Source: Octopus vulgaris
Taxonomy: Eukaryota
DNA length: 64,000 nucleotides
NCBI GenBank assembly: GCA_951406725.2
Contig: OX597815.1
Span: 151,900,001 to 151,964,000 of the forward strand
Reading direction: 5' to 3'
Shown: positions 52,401-64,000 of the stretch, in pieces
Layout: the number at the start of each line of letters is the position of its first letter
How positions within the stretch are numbered: the first letter of the stretch is position 1
Notes under the pieces: model-generated
The model's input: the letters and a program-made list of their open reading frames with translations, nothing else
Databases searched by the model: none
What the model was told of the DNA's origin: nothing
Position numbers and translations under genes: made by a program

Positions 52401-53822
52401 ACCTTTGCAATCCTTCTTCTGAAGAGGTTCCAGGCCATCCGTGATGTTCGTACTCGTCCTTCTCAGGGCGGCTTCCATCCAGGGAGAGGGTGCGTTGATC
52501 AAATCTTCAATCTCCGGCAAGTCCTGGAACAGTGGTGGACGCACCAACAACATACCGTTCTCTGCTTCATCGATTTTGCGGCCGCCTTCGACTTGGTGGA
52601 TCAGGAGGCCCTCTGGCGTATTATGCAGGCAGACGGTATCCCCGTGAAGCTGCTAAACCTCATACAGGGTTACTATCATTCAACGAGGGCTCGTGTGAGG
52701 GTCTATGGCAGAGAGACAGAGTTGTTTGATGTCACTACTGGTGTTCGGCAGGGTTGTGCGCTCTCACTAACCCTATTCAATTATGCCATTGATTACATTC
52801 TCAACACTGCACTTCGGGATTACCCAGTCATAGAGGCTGGGAGAGGAGTCGTGGTGATGGACCTGGCCTATGCAGATGACATTGCGCTCTTGGGCTCTAA
52901 CCGGGCAGATTTCCAAGATACTCTCGAAAGAGTGCATGCTGCGGCGGCAGCTGTTGGTCTTCGGATCAATGCTGGCAAAACTAAAGTGATGACGTCTCTG
53001 GTCGCAGCAGATGAATGGCGGCCAATCGTTCTTGAGGGCATGGAGCTGGAGGATGTGGAGTCCTTCGTCTACCTGGGTCCAACAGTGGTTCCAACGGACC
53101 AGGGCGCAGCCGAGGTCGAGCATCGCATAGATGTTGCCAGGTCTGCATTCGTGCGCCTCCAGCAGTGCCTGTGGGACAGAAGAGAGATCTTCTTGGTGAC
53201 CAAAGGGCGAATCTCGCGGGTTGTCATTCGTACTATCCTCCTCTATGGTTGTGAAACATGGCCTATAAGGGTCGCCGATTAGCAAAGGCTGGAGGTGTTC
53301 GACAATGACTGTCTCCGCTGCATTCTTCACTGCCGACGCATTGATCGGGTTCCTACAGCCGGTCTTCATCATCGCCTGAATCTCCGGCCCCTCCCTTTGG
53401 TGCTTTTACAATGGTACTTAAGGTGGTTCAGTCATGCGGCCCGGCGTCCAGAGGATGAGCTGATTCGCGATGTCCTCTTCCCAGCTGGCGCAAATGCACA
53501 GGCGGACAGTTGAAAACCTGGGCAACGATGATAAAGGAGGACCTCTCCGAATTATCAGGTCGGCAGGTGGTCGGTCTGCGCAGATGGAACCTTGTAGCAG
53601 TTGACTATGGTGCTGCTTCGCCAGTCATTGAGTATGACTCCATTATGAACTACCCGGTTTACAATGTGGGTGGCGAGGCCATAGCCTACACTACCAGAGG
53701 CTTTAAGCATCTCAACAGTGATTCCGGATGGGCCAGGGGCTTTTCCTGGCTTCATACCCTTAATTGCTTTATCTACTAGGGAGCTGTCTATTGGGATAGC
53801 TGGTCCCTCAACTGGGTCAACA
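49440..53822 (-). mobile_element. Decayed RTE LINE split by a nested insertion (segments 49440-51382 and 53590-53822)
   Basis: The RT pieces continue across the insertion: KAPGPSGI...TIVNCYK at 53590-53820 and GKGDALD/QFGF/DLEKAFD left of 51382. Confidence 0.85.
51383..53589 (+). mobile_element. GC-rich RTE of a second family, nested, with an inverted 5' segment
   Basis: The plus strand has RT motifs (NNKAPGEDG, SNYR.IS, IDFAAAFD, QGCALS, YADD, LRWFSHAARR). The minus strand at about 51385-51845 encodes the APE end (NQIDYILV...GSDHTLV). Confidence 0.85.
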
Positions 53823-53844
53823 TATATATATATATATGTGTGAA

Positions 53845-54068
53845 GTATACTTGCCATCTCACTATGGCTAACCACTAAGGGTGGGTGTTACTGTAGCTTG
53901 TAGCCCCAGGAGAACATCGTCTCCAGCTGGCTTTAGGCACACTTTGTGTGCCCTTATGGTATTTGCAAAGGGAGGTCACCCTTCCCTCATCAACCTAAGT
54001 GATACGCACGGACTGCAGTTTCTAGGTTTTGACCTGTCATCAGCGTACGACAATCACCGGTTTTCGAT
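53845..54068 (-). repeat. Hammerhead-containing repeat (retrozyme/Penelope-pLTR-like), left part
   Basis: Continues at 59121-59355 beyond the Tx1 insertion, and has an inverted copy at 59355-59665. Confidence 0.75.
54005..54049 (-). ncRNA. Minimal type I hammerhead ribozyme
   Basis: Minus strand CGTACG-CTGATGA-CAGGTCAAAACCTA-GAAA-CTGCAG-TC-CGTGCG: stem I (CGTACG/CGTGCG), conserved core, stem II (AGGT/ACCT), palindromic stem III and a GUC triplet. Confidence 0.75.
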
Positions 54069-57000
54069 TAATTCTTTATTACGATTATAAAATCAGTACA
54101 TAGAAGAACAATACAGGACATACATACAAAAAACAGTTAAGTGGTTCGTTTAAAAATTTCCACAATATATGGATTACTCATTATACAAAAAACTGTATTT
54201 AAATTGTCCTTTGCATTGACTAATATAACATTACATTAGATTGAAATCTTACCGATATATTTTAAACCCCGGCAACCTATAAGGCCCCGCAGCTTTCCTT
54301 TCCTCTTCTCCATCCTTAGTTAAACTGGGTTTCTGACACCCACCTTTTTCGCCACTTCCTTCCATCTATTTTCATACACACCTCGTGGTAAGGTCTTCTT
54401 TTCCAGCCCCATTTTGCTCTTCAGATGATATCTGAAGTAAGTGAGCAAGCCGGGGCCTGGGACAAAGGATCCTATTGCGACTCCATCCAGTCTTGTACGC
54501 CACATGCATTCTTTTACTACTGCAACCGTGCAGTGAAAACATGCCTCACCTTCCTTCGAGAGTCCAGTTGGCGGTATCATCTTAATCATAGACTCGGCCG
54601 ACAGCTGTACTCGTCCCAGATGCGATAACACGTGTTCTGCGTAACTTATCAAGTATGACAACTGCCGACAGTGTACAAAAGCGTGCTGGACGGTTTCATC
54701 GTCCAACCCGCATCTTGGAGATGTCGGTGGCACTGAAATTCCGTGCCGCGATAACTTCTTGCGAACAGGTAAGGCATTCCTATAACACTGCCAGGCCAGG
54801 GATCTTTGGAAATTATCCAAATACCCCGTCCTGAAAGTCTTTTTAAACAGGTTGGTAAGCTGGTCCTCGTCGAACCCCAGAGCCCCTCCTAGGACGTCGT
54901 CGTTCTTTGCCTCTACCAGCCTGCTATAAAATACCGAGGTGGTATTTCCGCAGCCGGCCTTGCCCGCCTTGTGGATCAGCGTGAGTGCCTGTTGGCACTC
55001 CTTTTGCCATAAAGTCAGATTCCGTCTTTTGATGCAACCGGGTTTAAAATTCACTAAGAAAGCCGGTCTCGGGAAAAATTCCCCTGCCAGCGGACTCCAC
55101 CCCTTATCACCCTCCAGGTGGTGCCAGAGATGCTTCAGCCTCAACGCATGTCTGCGCATCATCAACCAAGGCATTCCTAACCCACCCATTAACGGTTCCT
55201 GGCAGCAAACGGAGCGCTTCACAAGTGGCTTTCCTCCCTTCCACAAAAAGCGGAAAAGGATTCGCTACAACTTGCTAAGCCATGAATCGGGGAAAGGGAC
55301 AACGGTCAGGCGGTAAGTGATTACAGATGCAATAAACATCTGTACCACCTCCGCCCTTCCTTTCAAGGACAGAAACCTTCTGGACCAGGTCCGTACTATG
55401 GCCTCCACCTTGTCCGTCACCTCACTCCAATTCCTCTCCGTTTGAGAGTCTGGCCCAAACCAAACTCCTAGCAACTTAACAGGACCATCTGTCCAGTGTC
55501 CCACGGCACTGGACGATATCGACTTGCTCCTCCTGGTGCCGAGGCGTAAGCCAATCGACTTGTCCTTGTTAACTTTTGCTCCGAAATTCAGGGCCCAGTC
55601 CAGCCGCTTCGAGGACCGTCGCCAGGTACTTATGGTCTACCCTATCGAACGCTTTACTTTGGTCTAAATGGACCATTACCACGCCCTTGCCGGTTAATTT
55701 ACCCACCCTATCTAAGGTGTACCGTATAAGGTGAAGATTGTCCTGGATCGATCTGCCTGGAATTGCACATGTCTGTGCTTTCCCTACAAGTTTCTCCACG
55801 ACAGTCGTCAACCTTTTTGCCAACACCTTGGCCAAAATCTTTAACTCTACATTAAGTAGAGTTATGAGCCTGTAGTTACTAATGTTATCTCCCTTGCTCG
55901 GGTCTTTCTGGATTAGCGTCACCACTCCCCGGCTTACAGAACTGGGAATTCTCCCGTTCTGCTGCCAGTTCGCGTAGACGCCTGCCAGTATTCCCCCGAA
56001 CAAGTCTGGCATACTTTGATAAAACTCGTAGGGCAGACCATCCAACCCTGGCGACTTCTCCCCGGCGCACCTGGCCAGTACCCCCTCTATCTCCGCAGGA
56101 GTGATCGCTCCTTCACAGCACTCCACCTCACGCCCCGAGAGCCGCGGTCCGCCGGCTAGGAAGTCCTTTAAGGCCCTCCCCCACTCCAGCGAACCACCAC
56201 CCCCGAACGCGCGGGCGAAATGCTGGTGAAGAAACTTTTGCATCTCCTCCTGTCCATAGATCTTGTGTCCCTGTTCGTCAGTTAAGGACTTGATTGAAGC
56301 TTTGTTGCCTCTCTGACTCTCCACTCGACGGGCCCATCGGCAACGTTAATACCTTCTCGTTTCCCTGCGCGTAGCTTAGCTCTAACTCTGCAACCTTCGT
56401 GTTTGGAGTTAAGGTGACGGTACAATACCGTCCTTGCCGCCATCACTCCGGATGCAGAGCCAGATTCCATTGCCTCGTTTAGATTCTTAACTAAATCGTC
56501 CTCTATCCTAGACCTATCTAACCTTAGCTGATTGCTAAATCTAATGGACTCTGAACGAATGGCTTTTTTGAGGGAGTTCCACCATCTATTGTTAATGATG
56601 GTGCCACATAATGCCCTCTGTACTAACACCTTAATCCGGGTACGGAAGTCTTCACAATTCAAAATAGACTTGTTCAGCTTCCAGTACCCGGGTCCCTGTC
56701 TATGACACTTATCTAATTGCACCCTACAAGTCACAAATTTGTGATCCGTGTAAGGCACAATGTGAAACTGTGGACAACTAAACGAATCCTTATCTCTTTT
56801 CCTAACGAATATCCTATCTATATACGATCTGCGTGAGCCGTCGTTCTTACTCCACGTCCACTGTGGAACGCTCGGCTCATCCAGTCGATAACGGTCTACT
56901 AGATTAAAGCTCTCTAGTAGACCCTTGAGGCTAGGGTTCCCCTTCCTATTGGTTGAGCCAACACTATCGACCCGCGCTTCGAGGACAGTGTTAAAGTCCC

Positions 57001-59120
57001 CTACTAGGACTACCGTTTTCGACGTCACTAAAAAGTGCTCCAGATTCCGAAAAAAACCCGACTGCCTACACTCATTCGGAGCGTAGACAGCTACCAACCT
57101 GAAGGACTGTTTACTTACGTGAGTCACATCCAGAACGACCAGCCTGCCTTCTGGGTCCAGAAAGACAGTACTTACCTGCAAGTCCAAGCTCTTCCTGATA
57201 AGGACTGCCGCGCCCCTTCCTCCTCCTCGGCTAGGAGAAATAAATTTCTCGAAACCATTTAGAAGAGGCGAGAACGCTTGGGCCCCGTTCATCTTGGACT
57301 CGGTTACAATAGCTACGTCCACTCTGTGTGTCGTGAGGTCGTTCAGGAGACAAATTTGTTTCCATTTCGACCCCATTCCACGCACATTCACACAACCCAG
57401 CTTTACCATTGTCGGAGAGAGAGAGAAAAAAAAATAAACTTACGGTTGGGACAGGGAGCATGACAGTTTAAATCTGCATGCTTCCCCTTCTTCCTCCCTT
57501 GTGGTCGTAGCTGCAGGGCTCTTAACCGGCGTTGCCATCGGGCTCTGGGTAGGTGTGGTTGCCGGGGTTATAGTAAGTTTGCCCTCCAGTATTTCGTTAG
57601 TTACGTCTCTGATAAGGTTATTTTTTAAATGTTCTTGGAGTGTTTTTTCCTTCCACTCGTCTTCCTTTATTTTTGCAAAACGAGTGGTCGACTTAGTGTC
57701 TACAGACTTACTGAATAATTTCAGTTTTGAAAATTTTAAATATTTAAACACTCTATCGTTCCTCTCGTCGAATGCTACAATCTTTTCATTTTTTTTAAAT
57801 CAATTTTTTCCAATCTTGTTTTATGGGGAGGGGCTTGGCGAACTGTGTTCTAATGAATACAGTGCCGTGGGGGTAGGGCTGGGGAATTTGTTTTGTATGT
57901 ATCTCTGTGGTGTTTGCTGATTTTTTCTTTGTTTGGGGAGGGGAGTCCAGGGTATTTTCTTTTTTTCTTTTGTGTGTCACCTGTGTAAATTCCATTTGTT
58001 CATTTTTATCTTCCGTTTCGATTCCCTTCCTTGTCGCAGTCTTGGGGTCTTTTTCCGCCTTTTCTTTTTCTGTGTTTGAAACACTTTGAGGAGGGGCTTT
58101 GCTGTTTTTCTTTTTTTTTATGCAGTTCGAACGGACGTGACCCTTTTCACCACATTTGAAACACCTAGGTCTGCGCCCCTCCACTGACACTCTCATTGTA
58201 ATTCCCTCCTCAATAAATACCCTATCGGGTAAGTTTTCTAGCACATTATTTTCTGCTTGAACGAGGAGTTCGAGCGCTTGTCCCTTCCAGTTTACCTCCT
58301 CTTTCCTTTTCATCATCAGAATTGAGACTTTCTGCTCTACGTCGTGCAGAACCGCCGCTGCTACCCACATTATATCATATCCTCTTGGAATGTCTTCCAC
58401 ATATAGTTTTGCAGTTCTTTTGCCCATATAGGTAGGTAGTAGCATGATGTCCTCACTTTTTAAGGTCATCGATGAAATCTCTCTTGCCACATCAGCCGAG
58501 TCGAAATGTGCTTCAACGGTAGCGCTGCGGGCACCTCGACTGACGTAGCGAATTTTGCTCCACACCGGGGACAAGCACTTCTCTACTATTTCGTTCTTCA
58601 CGTCCATTATTTTTTTCTCTTTGTTACTGTAAACCTTGTACACGACTGTCTTGGCCTTTATTTCCTGTAATATCGCTTGCGGCGGTACCAGTTTTATTTC
58701 GTTGCCTTCCTTTTTGACCAAGTTCCGGTATTCGAACAACTGTTCTATTTTGAATTCCACTTCCGTTACGGTTCCGCCCACTGCGGCCGAAAAAGACTGT
58801 TTTCTAACCTCGATATCCTTCTGTTCGCCTTTTCCCATCACGGGAAAGTCGCTCCTCGACGCCAAGTCGAACTCCATTTCTCAAATTATGAGAACCAATT
58901 TTTCAATAAAAAAAAAAAAAAAATTACCCCGAAGGTAATAACAATGTTTATACACAGAATTTTCAGCCCCGTAGGGCGAAAATTACTGTCACGCAACGGA
59001 CAACTGTTCAATTCACGAGCAAACACAAACAACGACGAACAAAAAACGAACTCACTCAACAAAATAGGCAGCTAACTTCTCAATACGCAGATGAAAGAGG
59101 GGTCCCTAGACGAGTCAAAA
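54069..59120 (-). mobile_element. Tx1/L1-clade LINE, both ends present, with 14-bp TSD
   Basis: ORF1 57795-58877 has a CCHC knuckle (CFKCGEKGHVRSNC). ORF2 pieces are 56282-57409 (APE; GPGYWKLN), 55569-56324 (KSPGLDGLP, LDQSKAFD), 55265-55504 and 54320-55246 (GGLGMP, zinc-finger-like end). The RT core (QG/YADD) is deleted. There is an AATAAA at the 3' end, and the TSD CACCGGTTTTCGAT is at 54055-54068 and 59121-59134. Confidence 0.92.
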
Positions 59121-59665
59121 CACCGGTTTTCGATGAAAAGTTGTTCCAATGCAAATCCTTATATCGTTTTTCCAGTAACTTTTCGTCACTGATCTCGAAA
59201 AACTGTATGCAAGCAATAATAAATTTCTGAACGAGGTATAAACAGTAACAGCACGACAATGTGAGGTATACTTGCCATCTCAATATGGCTAACCACTAAG
59301 GGTGGATGTTACTGTAGCTTGTATCACCAGGAGAACATCGTCTCCAGCTGGCTTGTGGTTAGCCATATTGAGATGGCAAGTATACCTCACATTATCGTGC
59401 AGTTACTTTTTATACATCGAAAACCAGTGATTGTCGTACGCTGATGACAGGTCAAAACCTAGAAACTACAGTTCGTGCGTATCACTTAGGTTGACGAGCA
59501 CACGAAGTGTGCCTAAAGCCAGCTGGAGACGATGTTCTCCTGGGGCTACAAGCTACAGTAACACCCACCCTTAGTGGTTAGCCATATTGAGATGGCAAGT
59601 ATACCTCACATTGTCATGCAGTTACTGTTTATACCTCGTTCAGAGATTTATTATTGCTTATATAT
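59121..59665. repeat. Hammerhead-containing repeat, right part plus inverted copy
   Basis: 59266-59355 directly repeats 53845-53932. 59355-59665 is in the opposite orientation. Confidence 0.8.
59435..59479 (+). ncRNA. Second hammerhead copy (mutated stem III, GUU triplet)
   Basis: CGTACG-CTGATGA-CAGGTCAAAACCTA-GAAA-CTACAG-TT-CGTGCG. Confidence 0.6.
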
Positions 59666-59844
59666 AGTTCTGTATAGAAAAAAAATTGCTCTTTCTAAGG
59701 ATGTCTTACATCCAAGTGTCCACTGGTTTATCTCTATATCGATTAATGTTTTCATCTTTTAGATATATGAGAACAGAATTTTTGTAATATAATATTAAAA
59801 AAATGGAGTGCTTGAACACAGCAAAATCAATTTCTTTACATAGT

Positions 59845-60295
59845 TGTCAATTTCATAATGCCTACGCATGTTTCAATATCTACCTTCATTTAAGGTGGTG
59901 AGCTGGCAGAAACATTAGCAGGCCAGGCAAAATGCTTAATGGTATTTCGTCTGTCTTTACGTTCTGAGTTCAAATTCTGCTAAGGTCAACTTTACCTTTC
60001 ATCCTTTCAGGGTCAATATATTAAGTACCAGTTGCATACTGGGTCAACCTAATCAACTGGCCTCCTCCCCTAAAATTTCAGGTCTTGTGCCTAGAATAGA
60101 AAAGAATATCTACCTTCATTCATATTTTACAGTAAAAAATTGCATTATGAATTTAGAAGGTAAAAATCTCTTCCTGGCAAAAATTTTTCTTTTGAAGTAA
60201 TTTTTACTTTCTAAATTCATAATGCAATTTTTTTTATTGTGAAACATGAATGAATGTAGACATTGAAACACGTGTAGGTGTTATGAAAATGACTG
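59845..60295. mobile_element. Palindromic MITE-like element carrying a tRNA-SINE insertion (59891-60105) with 16-bp TSD
   Basis: AATATCTACCTTCATT flanks both sides of the SINE. With the SINE removed, the arms are reverse complements. Confidence 0.75.
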
Positions 60296-60361
60296 CTATA
60301 TGTGTATGTTTATGAATTTGTGCTTCAAGATAACTGATGTGAAATTGTGTGTTGAAACAGA

Positions 60362-60680
60362 TAATGTTATATTTCAGGAAGGTCATTTTAATTTTCTTTT
60401 TTTTTTTTTGTCAAATAAACACTCACACTACATATTCGTTCTTCCCTCATTTATCATTGTTCTTATTTTATCTTATATCCATTGTCTGCAAATCTTTCAT
60501 CACACATCTGTGATCTCTCATGGAAAGGTCACTGAAGAGATCGCAAATGTGTGACAAAAGATTTGTGCACAATGGACATCAGATAAAATAACAACAGTGA
60601 TAAATGAGTGAAAGACAAATATATAGTGCGTGTTTTTATTTGGCAAAAAAAAAATGACCATCCTGAAATATAGCAATATA
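60362..60680. repeat. Second palindromic MITE-like element
   Basis: ATATTTCAGGAAGGTCATTTT...GATCTC and GAGATC...AAAATGACCATCCTGAAATAT form imperfect ~150-bp arms. Confidence 0.7.
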
Positions 60681-61254
60681 TATATATATATATATATATG
60701 TATTTTTCTTTTGCCCTTGTTCATAATTGTTTATAATTTTCACCTTTAAAGGTATTTTAATATGCTGGCCCCTGATGAAATTTTTTATGGAAAAAAAAAT
60801 TTATCCTATATTAGAAGTAAATTTATTACCATTCACTTTGGGGCTGGTAACAACTCTTAGTTTTGGCTCATGACCGATCACACGTGTGCTGAGGCTTGCT
60901 AAAGGATTTTATATTTAGATATATCTGGGCTACTTATGTGTACTCATGACTCTTGTATCTGCTTTTTTCCATGGGTGCTTGTAAGTATTTCATTTATTTC
61001 TTATCGTGTTCTCTACTGAAGAGGGAAAGATCTGCTGGATTAATTCCGAAATTTATTCAATAGAGAGATAACGAATTTATTAAAAAATTCTGTTAGCTTG
61101 CCTTCCTCGATTTCAGCACGACATGTATTCAGAGTGATGTATATTGTATGTGGTGATCGACAATTTAAAGTCTATTTTCACCATATTGGCATAGAAATCT
61201 TTTTTCTTTTGCCCTTGTTTATAATTGTTTATATATATATATATATATATATAA

Positions 61255-62365
61255 AAGGGACAGGACTCTACTCCCATCAGGTAGGTGGCCCTGTTCAGTT
61301 TGTAGGAAAGATATAGGCAAGAACCCCATACAGTGTACCCAGTGTAATCTATGGACACACAAGAGGTGCACTGGGTTAATAGAAAGGCTATCAGAGAAGA
61401 TAATTTTCATATATGGAAGATGCACAGGATCCATAAAAACTTTAGAGACTCAGGAAATTGATTCTATCAAGTGCCCTGGTGACTCATTAGAAGTAGTAGA
61501 TAATTTCTGCTATCTAGGGGACCAAATTAGTAGTGGAGAGGTTGCATGGAAAGTGTGATAGTTAGAATAAGAATAGGATGGAGGAAATTCAGAGCGTTGT
61601 TACCTCTGTTGACCATAAAAGATTTCTCTCTCCAAATGAAAGGAAGATCGTATGATGCATGGACAGCAATTCTACATGGTAATGAGAAGTGGGTCCTGAA
61701 TGCAGAGGACATCCAGAGGTTAGAAAGGAGTGAGGCTTGTATGCTCCACTGGATGTGTAATTTAAGTGTACATGTTCAACAGATTGTTAGTATTTTGAGA
61801 GAGAAGTTAGGCATAAGAGGAATTGGTTGCTGTGTACAAGAAAGAAGACTGCACTGGTTTGGTCCTGTGATGTGGAAGGATGATGAAAGCTCCATAACGA
61901 AGTGCCAATCTTTCAATGGAACACATAGAAGTGGGAGAACAAGGAAGACATGGGATGAAGTACTGAAGAAGAACCTCAGGGCAATGAACCTTTCAGGCAA
62001 GGTGACAAAGGACTGAGATGCATGGCACCTTGCTCTACTCCAAGAAGACCCATACTCAGCAGCAGAAGTGTTAAGACCAGTCCCTACTAGTGGTGAAAAG
62101 CACATGTGGCTGTGCTGCATAAAGGTGTCCATGTGGTGCTACATAAAAGCATGCTGTGCAGTCATGTAAAAGCACCTGTGCAGTGTCACACAAAAGCACC
62201 AAGCACACTCTGTAAAAATGGTTGGCATGTTTGGAAGGGCATCTGGCAGTAAAATTCTATGCCAAATCAGACTGGAGCCTGGTGCAGCTCTCCAGCTTGC
62301 CAGCTCTGGTCAAACCATCCAACCCATGCCAGCATAGACAACGGATGTTCATTGATGATGATTAC
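61255..62365 (+). mobile_element. Old RTE LINE 3' fragment with tail
   Basis: ORF 61546-62016 (WRKFRALLPLL, ERRLHWFG, GRTRKTWDEV) plus the shared tail. Confidence 0.8.
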
Positions 62366-62395
62366 AATGATTGATATATATATATAAATATATAC

Positions 62396-62447
<52 letters not shown>

Positions 62448-64000
62448 CCATCATCATCATCGTCCACAGCATGATGTATGTATTAGCAATAATTATAACA
62501 GTATAGAATATGGAGACCTACTGAGTCAAGTAAAATCAAAAATCAAAATCAAAATCAGAATCTCAATCAAATCGAAATCAAAATGGAAATTTTAGTTGGG
62601 GCTGATACCAATGCCACCTGACTGGTGGCACACAATAAGTACCATTCATGCATGGGTCATTGCCAGTGCTGCTTGATTGGCTCACCGTGCTGGGGGCACA
62701 TAAAAAGCACCATCTGAATGTAGTCGATGCCTACAATCTGATCTGGCAATGTTTCTACAGCTGGATGCCCTTTTATGTGCTTTTTATGTGCCACCTGCTC
62801 AGGTTTGTTGGACACAATGTGAGACAACTGTTGTTATCGCTAGGCCTAACTCATCGTAAAGTAAATACCACCATGACCGATATCCAAACTACAGTGGATT
62901 TGGTTTAAAAAAATGATGAGCGATGGCTAGAGGAATACTGGGCTTTATTTAATAACCAGTTGATCTAGCAAGCAGGGCCTCATATCAGTGAGTGGAACTA
63001 GTGTGCATTGATGCCGTCGAGAGGTAGGCACCGAAACGGTGCGCATTCTCTCCTGTGACCCCATACACTTGCTGGCTTGTGGTATGCAGAGTTCTCGGCA
63101 GGTAGCACTTGCATGTGCAAGTTGTTTGCAAAACCTCCAGCATAATTTTCACAGCTACAAAAATATATAACTAAAAACGTTACATTACATGAACTACACT
63201 TGAAAGTAATGTTATTAAGTAACCAACTACAACAATACACAATGAGGCCTGTCAAAACAGTAACATAAATTTCAACCTATTTAGATAGAATCCTGACTTC
63301 GGGCAGCATCTGGTGTGAAACCATGGTCAACTTGCACAAGCTTACAAACAGATCAGATTTCAGATTCAAAACAAGCTCCCCTCATTTACCCCTGAATCTT
63401 AACCAACAAACAACTAACTGTATTCAGTTCACTTTGAAACTAGATGCTAAACAGACCCTCAACAAAGCTGCGCAGAAAATCATGCCCAAATGCAATGGAA
63501 ACATGTGTAGGTTGTAAAAAGGAATAAATTTTGAAGATGTACCAGTTTCTATATTCCATATCATTATAATTATTGCTAATATACACTTCAGATAATGTTA
63601 ACATCCAGAGAAGCAAACATGGAATTACCCAATAGTGGAATTTACTGCATGAATGACTACTCATAGAAGTCAGAGACATTAAATACTAATTGAAGCAGAT
63701 AGCCATAACCTGGAGCATAACTGAGAGCTATTACAGTATCTGCCCAGATAAATATATCCCTCTAAAGCACATTACTATATATATATATATTCTGTTGTGT
63801 CTGGGAAGAGTCATTTTCTTTTTGTGCCTTATAATGTAACACACTCACAGGTAAAATTTCCACTTTTTTTCTTATTTTTATTTTGCTCTTGAACAGGTTG
63901 CAAGACGCAACGAAAATTTTAGGAAAATAAAAATAAGAAATAAGTGGAAATTTTACCGGTGAGTGTATTAAATTATAAGGCACAAAAAGAAAATGACTCT

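Overview
This is repeat-dense eukaryotic (animal) genomic DNA. The SINE/RTE repertoire and abundant (TA)n/(CAT)n tracts suggest an octopus or other cephalopod, which is an inference. There is a 100-N gap at 30783-30882. Two host genes can be rebuilt from splice signals. (1) A minus-strand adhesion-GPCR: 5-6 phase-compatible exons at 34258-3793 encode HRM plus the N-terminal GAIN domain, and the gene continues left of the window. (2) A plus-strand Death-domain gene: an acidic linker exon at 32442, a 72-nt helix-1 exon present in three tandem copies (41824, 42907, 43930) and a terminal exon at 47863-48068. The rest is mostly transposons: Tc1 and mariner relics, a Chapaev3 element with TIRs/TSD, a Helitron, Penelope relics, several RTE copies, a near-full-length CR1-like LINE, a Tx1/L1-clade LINE with a 14-bp TSD, tRNA-SINEs and palindromic MITEs. 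The most notable observations are the tandem Death-domain exon variants, whose two intact copies differ only by amino-acid-changing substitutions while their introns are about 98% identical, and a hammerhead-ribozyme repeat into which the Tx1 element inserted immediately next to the ribozyme.
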